From Opitutus sp. GAS368 (GTDB taxonomy: Bacteria > Verrucomicrobiota > Verrucomicrobiia > Opitutales > Opitutaceae), in NCBI GenBank assembly GCA_945861645.1, contig CAMAVZ010000049.1, positions 1 to 12,609 of the forward strand: 12,609 bases of DNA. Reading direction: 5' to 3'. A program made the translations under genes and the position numbers. A model generated the notes under the pieces. That model did no database searches and was not told the origin of the DNA. It saw nothing but the letters and a program-made list of their open reading frames with translations. This document shows positions 1 to 5,729 of the stretch, one piece after another. How positions within the stretch are numbered: the stretch's first letter is position 1; the number at the start of each line of letters is the position of its first letter.

Positions 1-31
1 CCTATGAACTCAAAACTAATTACAATGAGTA

Positions 32-66
32 AGACGGCGTTAATTCAGAAACGTTGAATTTATTTT
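32..66 (-). promoter_or_regulatory. Putative ECF-sigma-type promoter B (AAC-N16-CGTCT), firing leftwards out of the window
   Basis: Minus strand reads AAAATAAATTC-AAC-GTTTCTGAATTAACGC-CGTCT. It is 24/35 identical without gaps to the copy at 235-269, with identity concentrated in the A-tract, AACGTTT and CGTCT. AAC/CGT with ~16 nt spacing is the typical ECF sigma pattern. Confidence 0.5.
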
Positions 67-85
67 AAAAAAAATTCAGCCAGCT

Positions 86-125
86 AAAATATTAAGGGGC
101 CCCTCTTGCGAGCGGCCCCTTAATA
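86..125 (-). terminator. Intrinsic terminator-like hairpin
   Basis: Perfect 12-bp inverted repeat TATTAAGGGGCC (90-101) / GGCCCCTTAATA (114-125), then one mismatch and 3 more bp. The loop reads GCAA (GNRA) on the minus strand, and the stem is followed by TTTT only on the minus strand. Confidence 0.75.
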
Positions 126-185
126 ACCTAAAACACCTAAAACACCTAAAACACCTAAAACACCTAAAACACCTAAAACACCTAA
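126..185. repeat. Tandem repeat (ACCTAAAAC)x6 plus partial ACCTAA
   Basis: Six exact 9-nt units start at 126, 135, 144, 153, 162 and 171, with a partial unit at 180-185. TAATAAC flanks both sides (121-127, 183-189). Confidence 0.97.
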
Positions 186-234
186 TAACTACCAACAATG
201 TTTCGCTATGAACGATTACTGTTATCACGGGGAT

Positions 235-269
235 AGACGCAGTTTAGCGGAAAACGTTAGAATTATTTT
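235..269 (-). promoter_or_regulatory. Putative ECF-sigma-type promoter A (AAC-N16-CGTCT)
   Basis: Minus strand reads AAAATAATTCT-AAC-GTTTTCCGCTAAACTG-CGTCT. A second copy lies at 32-66. Confidence 0.5.
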
Positions 270-448
270 CCGAAATTTATTAGCGAAAATTTTTCACGTA
301 TAAATTCTATAATTATTTTACTAATAATACTTTACAAATTATAAAATTGTATCGATTTGCTCGATTTAGCAAGCGCGGTGTCATAAATCTGTATACTAGG
401 AATCGCATTTTAAAGCTTTTCGCCGGCCGCCATCCGCTCGCTAGACCT

Positions 449-1633
449 TCACAAATGAATTTCTGCTGGCAGAACCAAACCAGCATGGGCCTTGGTCGGC
501 GAAGCCTTGAGTGGATACCGAAATAGCTTACCCTCAAAATTCTTAAAGATCACTTCATCATCGGTGATCGCCTGCACGTAATCAGGATTGATCGGCACTT
601 TGCCGCCGCCGCCAGGAGCATCGATGACATATTGGGGTACCGCGTAACCAGTCGTATGCCCACGGAGTGCACGGATAATTTCAATGCCCTTGCGCACATC
701 CACTTTGAAGTGGGCCCCGCCGGTGATCAGGTCCATTTGGTAAATATAATAAGGCCGCACCCGCATGCGGAGCAAGCGGTGCACGAGCGCCTGCATCACC
801 TCGGCGTCATCGTTGATGCCTTTCAGCAATACGCTCTGGTTACCCAGCGGCACCCCCGCAAAAGAAAGTCGCTCGCACGCTGCTTTTAATTCCTGGGTCG
901 CTTCCTTGGGGTGATTGATGTGCAGGCTCATCCAGATCGGGCCATGCTTCTTAAAAATTTCCGCCAACTCTGGGGTAATGCGCTGCGGTAAGAAAACTGG
1001 GATGCGTGACCCAATACGAATAAACTCCACGTGCTTGATGGCGCGCAGCCGGCCGAGCAAGTGATCGAGCTTCTTATCCGACAACAAAAGGGGATCCCCA
1101 CCCGACAAGAGCACATCGCGCACCTCGGAATGCGCCTCAATGTAACGGAGCGCCTGCTCGTATTCAGGATGAAAATTATAGTCCTGCGCGTTACTCACGA
1201 GCCGACTCCGCGTACAATAGCGACAATAAGCCGCACAGCGATCGGTCACTAAAAACAACACCCGATCGGGATAGCGATGCACGAGACCGGGCACGGGAGA
1301 ATGTTCGTCCTCGCCCAGAGAATCTAACATCTCCCCAGAAGAAACCACCATCTCATCGCTTCGTGGAATGACCTGCTTACGAATAGGACAGTGGGGGTCA
1401 GTCCGATCGATGAGGTTGAAAAAATAAGGTGTGATCGCGAGCGCGAGCTTCTCTTTGGCGAAAAGACAGCCGGCTTTCTCCTCGGGCGTCAGCGTTAGGT
1501 AACGCTCCAATTGCTCGATCGTGGTCAACCGATTCTTCAGCTGCCAAGACCAGTCCTGCCAATCAGATTCAGGAATATGTTGCCACAGCCCCTGGCCTTC
1601 AAACCAAGTGAAGCGGTCGTCAATGTAGGCCAT
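449..1633 (-). CDS. kamA: KamA-family radical SAM protein (lysine 2,3-aminomutase)
   Basis: 394 aa. Contains the radical SAM CxxxCxxC motif (CAAYCRYC), HRYPDRVL, LLSGGDP, RIGSR, NQSVLLKG and the PLP-lysine motif DAPGGGGK. Asp is retained in YQMDL and VIDAP, as in lysine-specific enzymes. Confidence 0.9.
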   Translation of the reverse strand: MAYIDDRFTWFEGQGLWQHIPESDWQDWSWQLKNRLTTIEQLERYLTLTPEEKAGCLFAKEKLALAITPYFFNLIDRTDPHCPIRKQVIPRSDEMVVSSGEMLDSLGEDEHSPVPGLVHRYPDRVLFLVTDRCAAYCRYCTRSRLVSNAQDYNFHPEYEQALRYIEAHSEVRDVLLSGGDPLLLSDKKLDHLLGRLRAIKHVEFIRIGSRIPVFLPQRITPELAEIFKKHGPIWMSLHINHPKEATQELKAACERLSFAGVPLGNQSVLLKGINDDAEVMQALVHRLLRMRVRPYYIYQMDLITGGAHFKVDVRKGIEIIRALRGHTTGYAVPQYVIDAPGGGGKVPINPDYVQAITDDEVIFKNFEGKLFRYPLKASPTKAHAGLVLPAEIHL

Positions 1634-1667
1634 GGATAGAATAAAGTCGTAGCTGGATTCCTAACTC

Positions 1668-1673
1668 TGTCAA
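1668..1673 (-). promoter_or_regulatory. Possible -35 hexamer TTGACA for kamA
   Basis: Exact TTGACA 35-40 nt upstream of the kamA ATG. The matching -10 is poor (TACGACT). Confidence 0.3.
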
Positions 1674-1798
1674 ACGGGGGAATTGCCCCCTCCGGCGCGC
1701 CGTCCTAAGCCCCACCAGCCCCTCATTACATTCAGCGGCGCAAATTTTCCGCTAATACACTTGGCAGGGGCCAACGAAGGCCTTTTCGTCGGGCTTTA

Positions 1799-2971
1799 AT
1801 GCCAGCGACCAATCCCGCTATTCTCGCCCTAGAAGACGGTAGCATATTCCGTGGCGTAGCCTTTGGGGCCAACGCCGCTATCGCCGGCGAGTGTGTTTTC
1901 AACACCTCCATGACCGGTTATCAGGAGATCATCACTGATCCCTCTTACTTCGGCCAGATCGTGACCATGACCGCGCCCCAGATTGGCAACTATGGGGTCA
2001 ACGGTGAGGATGAGGAATCCCGCACCCCGAAATGTTCTGGCTTGGTGGTACGCGAGATCTCCCCGATCGTCAGCAACTGGCGCAGTAAGATGTCCCTCGA
2101 TGAGTACTTAAAAAAGTATGATATCCCGGGCATTAGCGAAATCGACACGCGCGCCTTGACCAAAAAGCTCCGCGTCGACGGCGCGATGAAATGCTGCCTC
2201 AGCACCCTGCCGTTGAGCGACGCTGAGGCGGTCCAGCGCGCCAAAGCCTGGCACGACATGGCCGGCAGCGATTACGTTAAGGATGTCACCTGCCAATCGC
2301 CCTACCTTTGGGGCGCGGATGACGCGACGCGGCATAATACCCAGTATTTGCCCGTCGGTACCCGCGGCGGCACGACGGTCACGCCAGCCAAGAAATTTAA
2401 AGTCGCCGCCTTCGACTACGGGGCAAAATACACGATCTTCCGCAAACTGGTTCGCCATGGTTTCGAAGTACAAGTATTTCCCGCGACCGCTACCGCGGAA
2501 CAAGTGCGCGAATACGGCGTGGATGCGGTATTTTTATCCAATGGCCCGGGCGATCCAGCGGCCCTACCTTACATCCACCAGACGGTTAGCCGGTTGTTAC
2601 CGGATTACCCCATCTTCGGGATCTGCCTCGGCCACCAGATGCTCACGCACGCCCTCGGCGGCACAACTTTTAAACTCAAATTTGGCCACCGCGGGGGCAA
2701 CCAACCGGTGAAAAATCTAGAAACCGGCAAAGTTTCAATTACCGCCCAGAATCATGGCTTTGCCACCGACCCAAAATCGCTGGAGAGCCGCCGTGCGGTC
2801 GTGACTGAAATTAACTTAAATGACCAAACAGTAGAAGGCCTGCGCCATAAGGAACTGCCGGTATTTAGTGTGCAGTATCATCCGGAGGCCGCCCCCGGCC
2901 CAAATGACGCCGATCCCTTGTTTGAGCATTTCTACCAGCTCGTAGCGCAACGGAAGGCCGGGAAGATTTAG
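1799..2971 (+). CDS. carA: Carbamoyl-phosphate synthase small (glutaminase) subunit
   Basis: 390 aa. Motifs LALEDG, FNTSMTGYQE, PQIGNYG, IDTRALT, LSNGPGDP, GICLGHQ (catalytic Cys) and QYHPE (catalytic His/Glu). Confidence 0.98.
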   Translation: MPATNPAILALEDGSIFRGVAFGANAAIAGECVFNTSMTGYQEIITDPSYFGQIVTMTAPQIGNYGVNGEDEESRTPKCSGLVVREISPIVSNWRSKMSLDEYLKKYDIPGISEIDTRALTKKLRVDGAMKCCLSTLPLSDAEAVQRAKAWHDMAGSDYVKDVTCQSPYLWGADDATRHNTQYLPVGTRGGTTVTPAKKFKVAAFDYGAKYTIFRKLVRHGFEVQVFPATATAEQVREYGVDAVFLSNGPGDPAALPYIHQTVSRLLPDYPIFGICLGHQMLTHALGGTTFKLKFGHRGGNQPVKNLETGKVSITAQNHGFATDPKSLESRRAVVTEINLNDQTVEGLRHKELPVFSVQYHPEAAPGPNDADPLFEHFYQLVAQRKAGKI

Positions 2972-2981
2972 TTTCCTTAGC

Positions 2982-3728
2982 TTAATCCCCAAGCAATTGC
3001 TCGAAGCGTTTGGCGTCTTCTGGCGTATCGACTCCAATCGTCGGATCATCCGTTGCGGCAATCGCTATGGGATAACCATTCTCCAGCGCTCGGAGTTGCT
3101 CTAATTTTTCGATCTGCTCCAACTGGCTGGGCGGGAGCGCTACAAACTTTTCGAGAAAATCTGCCTTATACGCATACAGCCCAAGATGCTTGTAACATGG
3201 GTTTCCCGCCACCCAAGCGTCATCAATCGTCAGGCCAAGATCGCGGGAAAAGGGCATCCGGGACCGAGAAAAATACATCGCTCGCCCGGTTTGGGACATG
3301 ACCACCTTGACCTGATTCGTATTAAAGAAATCCACCACGCGTTTAAAGGGAGTGCAGAGCGTCGCCATTGGGCAATCCCCCTGAATCAGACGGGCCAGCG
3401 CCTGCAACTGCCCGCCGCTCACCAGTGGCTCATCCGCCTGCACATTCAGCACATAACTGGCCCGCACCGTGCGATTGGCTTCGGCCATCCGGTCGGTGCC
3501 ACTGGGGTGGTCAGCCGAGGTCATAATCGTCCTAAAACCCGCCCCATCGAGGCACTCGGCTAATAATTTATCATCCACCGCAAACCAGAGGGGATAATCA
3601 GGCGCCTGGGCCGTTATTCGCTCAGCTACCCACAGCACAAGTGGCTTGCCTTTAATTAAATGGAGAAGTTTTCGCGGAAAGCGAGTGGACTCCAAACGGC
3701 AAGGTACAATAATGGCAAAGGCAGGCAT
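2982..3728 (-). CDS. kdsB: 3-deoxy-manno-octulosonate cytidylyltransferase (CMP-Kdo synthetase)
   Basis: 248 aa. Motifs PCRLESTRFPRK, SGTDR, NVQADEP, YFSR, HLGLYAY, LEQIEKLEQLRALENG and GVDTPED. Confidence 0.96.
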   Translation of the reverse strand: MPAFAIIVPCRLESTRFPRKLLHLIKGKPLVLWVAERITAQAPDYPLWFAVDDKLLAECLDGAGFRTIMTSADHPSGTDRMAEANRTVRASYVLNVQADEPLVSGGQLQALARLIQGDCPMATLCTPFKRVVDFFNTNQVKVVMSQTGRAMYFSRSRMPFSRDLGLTIDDAWVAGNPCYKHLGLYAYKADFLEKFVALPPSQLEQIEKLEQLRALENGYPIAIAATDDPTIGVDTPEDAKRFEQLLGD

Positions 3729-3810
3729 ACGGGGGTCTTTAAGATTGCAGGGGGGGGCGCGACCAGCTTTTTAACATTTCCTTTTAACCCGACGACCTAG
3801 CCCAACCGCA

Positions 3811-4107
3811 ATGGAAAAGAACGACCCAACCGCCGCCACCACCTTGGTGAAGGAGCTGCTGGTGCTAAACAAAATGGGGATCCACGCTCGTCCGGCAGCG
3901 ATGATCGTACGCGTAACGAACAAATTTAAGTCGGATGTTTTCGTCGAAAAAGATGAAGAACAAGTGAACGGAAAAAGCATTATGGGGCTCATGATGCTGG
4001 CGGCCGCCAAGGGCAGCAAAATCAAATTTTTGGCGACCGGCGAGGATGCCGATAAAATGCTCACCGAACTCGAAGCCCTGTTCGCCAAAAAATTCGAAGA
4101 GGCCTAA
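3811..4107 (+). CDS. ptsH: HPr-family phosphocarrier protein
   Basis: 98 aa. Has the GIHARPAA phospho-His motif and the NGKSIMGLM regulatory Ser motif. Confidence 0.95.
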   Translation: MEKNDPTAATTLVKELLVLNKMGIHARPAAMIVRVTNKFKSDVFVEKDEEQVNGKSIMGLMMLAAAKGSKIKFLATGEDADKMLTELEALFAKKFEEA

Positions 4108-4136
4108 ACCCGCCACCCGCTCCTCCGCGTCGATCC

Positions 4137-4160
4137 AGCCGGTCTCAGACCGGCTTTTTT
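4137..4160 (+). terminator. Rho-independent terminator of ptsH
   Basis: AGCCGGTC-TCA-GACCGGCT stem running into T6 (4155-4160), 30 nt after the HPr stop. Confidence 0.85.
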
Positions 4161-4164
4161 GGGC

Positions 4165-4971
4165 TCAAGCGCCTAGCCTGAAAAAATCCCGGGCATTTTG
4201 CGTGGTCACCGCCGCCAACTGCTCGGGGCTCACCCCAAACATTTCGGCACAATAGTCGGCCGTGTCCCGCAAATAGGCCGGCTCATTGGGTTTCCCGCGA
4301 TGCGGCATGGGCGTGAGGAAAGGAGCATCCGTCTCGATCATCAACCGCTCCAAGCCCTGTAACCGAGCGGCCGCCCGGACATTCTCTGCTTTTTTATAGG
4401 TGATCACGCCCGTGAATGAACCATAGGCCCCGCGCTGCACCAGCTCAGCCATTTCCGTCGGCCCTTCGCTAAAACAATGAAAAACGACCCGGCGCCAATC
4501 GACGCCAGCGGTCTCAATCATTTGGACACACTCCGGAAACGCCCCGCGTGAATGCACTACGACCGGACAACTGAGCGCCTTCACCACCGCCAACTGCTCG
4601 GCGAACGCTGACTGCTGCCAACTGAAAACCTTCGTCGCCTCGATTGGTTCTTGCGGCAGATGAAATCGGTCGAGCCCAATTTCCCCCAGCGCCACCGGCC
4701 CAGGTGCACTCGACCCACTCCAAAACGGCCTTAATTGGGCAACCCGCTCAGCCCAATCCGCCCCCACGTTACAGGGATGTAAGCCCACGGAATAACACAC
4801 CACCCCTGGATGCTGCTGAGCTAAATCACGGTACAATCCCCAATCATCAGTATCTGTGCCAATAGCCACCAATTGCGCTACCCCAGCAGCTCGCGCGCGA
4901 TCTAGAACTGCCGGCAACTCGCCACTGCGGACGAATGCATCGAGATGAGTATGCGTATCGATTAAGCTCAT
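4165..4971 (-). CDS. tatD: TatD-family metal-dependent hydrolase/DNase
   Basis: 268 aa. Motifs IDTHTH, GLHP, GEIGLD, VVHSR, FHCFS, IETDAPFL and NEPA. Confidence 0.95.
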   Translation of the reverse strand: MSLIDTHTHLDAFVRSGELPAVLDRARAAGVAQLVAIGTDTDDWGLYRDLAQQHPGVVCYSVGLHPCNVGADWAERVAQLRPFWSGSSAPGPVALGEIGLDRFHLPQEPIEATKVFSWQQSAFAEQLAVVKALSCPVVVHSRGAFPECVQMIETAGVDWRRVVFHCFSEGPTEMAELVQRGAYGSFTGVITYKKAENVRAAARLQGLERLMIETDAPFLTPMPHRGKPNEPAYLRDTADYCAEMFGVSPEQLAAVTTQNARDFFRLGA

Positions 4972-5024
4972 AGATTGATTGCGATCAGACGAAAGGTCGA
5001 TGCTCAGCCGATGACATCATTAAA

Positions 5025-5052
5025 TAAACCTTAAACCCTAAATCTTAAAACT
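5025..5052. repeat. Degenerate heptamer tandem TAAACCT TAAACCC TAAATCT TAAAACT
   Basis: Four adjacent TAAAnCY units, read directly from the sequence upstream of tatD. Confidence 0.7.
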
Positions 5053-5117
5053 ATTCCCCCCTGCTTTCTCCGCGTCCGCTGCGTTTCACTTGAGTTGTTT
5101 AAGATAAAAGTGAGCCT

Positions 5118-5207
5118 CTAGCGAGGTTGGGATTTTTTTCGGCCCATCAAATAACAGGTCAGAAAAATAATCAGTGCAATGATTGCCTCCGCCCCCGCGG
5201 CGAACAT
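5118..5207 (-). CDS. Putative 29-aa single-pass membrane peptide (MFAAGAEAIIALIIFLTCYLMGRKKSQPR)
   Basis: Hand-translated from ATG 5207 to TAG 5118. A hydrophobic run is followed by basic RKK. It starts 15 nt after the CBS gene stop on the same strand and is too short for the ORF track. Confidence 0.5.
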   Translation of the reverse strand: MFAAGAEAIIALIIFLTCYLMGRKKSQPR

Positions 5208-5222
5208 TCCGAGACTTTTCTT

Positions 5223-5666
5223 TCAGGTGGAAAGCCCACCCGCAATATACTGCCGCAACGATTCTGCTTCCGCGCGGTGGAGGTTAGCCACCCAACGCGA
5301 TACATCCCCGATTGAAATAACGCCAACTAAGCGACCCGCCTGCATCACGGGTAAATGCCGACAGCGCTTTTCGGTAAAAATATCCATCACCTCTTGCACC
5401 GTAGCACTTGGCTCAACCGTGAGCACATCGGCCGTCATCACCTTGGTGATGGGCGTGAGTTCAGGATCGAGGCTAGCGCCCACGACGCGGCGCAAAACAT
5501 CGCGCTCCGTAAAAATTCCGACCAGTCGCAGGCCATTCATGACCAACACTGAGCCGACCTTGTGCGTGTTCATTTCCTGCACGGCCTCGGCGACCGTCAC
5601 GGTGGAGGGGATCGTGTAAACGCCGCCGCCTTTCTGCTCTAACAAGGTAGTAATAGTCGTATTCAT
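5223..5666 (-). CDS. CBS domain pair protein
   Basis: 147 aa with two CBS motifs: VGSVLV..LVGIFTERD and RHLPV..LVGVISIGD. Confidence 0.93.
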   Translation of the reverse strand: MNTTITTLLEQKGGGVYTIPSTVTVAEAVQEMNTHKVGSVLVMNGLRLVGIFTERDVLRRVVGASLDPELTPITKVMTADVLTVEPSATVQEVMDIFTEKRCRHLPVMQAGRLVGVISIGDVSRWVANLHRAEAESLRQYIAGGLST

Positions 5667-5690
5667 GGGGTGATGAATTGGCCTGAGGTT

Positions 5691-5720
5691 ATAATAGCCC
5701 CGTCCAGTAACAACAGTAAA
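5691..5720 (-). promoter_or_regulatory. Possible sigma70-like promoter for the CBS gene (TTTACT-18-TATTAT)
   Basis: The hexamers lie in the 63-bp hrpA-CBS gap. A direct repeat AGCCCCG at 5696-5702 and 5721-5727 lies alongside them. Confidence 0.3.
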
Positions 5721-5729
5721 AGCCCCGCA

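Larger units (their letters stand above)
86..229 (-). ncRNA. Candidate ~140 nt small RNA (5' hairpin, GU-rich repeats, terminator)
   Basis: Bounded by a promoter-like motif (235-269) and a terminator (86-125) on the same strand. The minus-strand repeats are rich in TAG/TAA stops and no ATG lies in this interval on the minus strand. Ends are approximate and no known family was recognised. Confidence 0.45.

Noticed and set aside
126-185. CRISPR array or telomere-like repeat (TTTTAGGTG resembles TTTTAGGG)
   Set aside because: Units are 9 nt with no spacers and no cas genes nearby. The array is internal and short in a clearly bacterial context.
4-303. Short plus-strand ORFs 4-57 (MNSKLITMSKTALIQKR), 198-236 (MFRYERLLLSRG) and 208-303 (31 aa)
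   Set aside because: The two ORFs starting in the shared CTATGAAC word share only MN. Promoter and terminator polarity point to the minus strand. Not fully excluded without expression data.
313-537. 74-aa minus-strand ORF in the track
   Set aside because: Overlaps the kamA 3' end in another frame and runs into AT-rich intergenic DNA, with no recognisable motif.
1676-1690. GGGGG-AATTG-CCCCC hairpin in the kamA/carA divergent gap
   Set aside because: A 5-bp homopolymer stem without a U-tract is too weak to call.
5180-5225. Selenocysteine recoding of the CBS TGA (small hairpin TTCGCC-GCGGG-GGCGGA 18 nt downstream)
   Set aside because: The TGA falls at a normal C-terminus for a CBS pair, no redox Cys is expected at that position, and the hairpin is weak evidence for a SECIS.
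5690-5695. Perfect plus-strand TATAAT pointing antisense into hrpA
   Set aside because: No -35 or extended -10 at the proper spacing. Better explained as part of a minus-strand -10 region.
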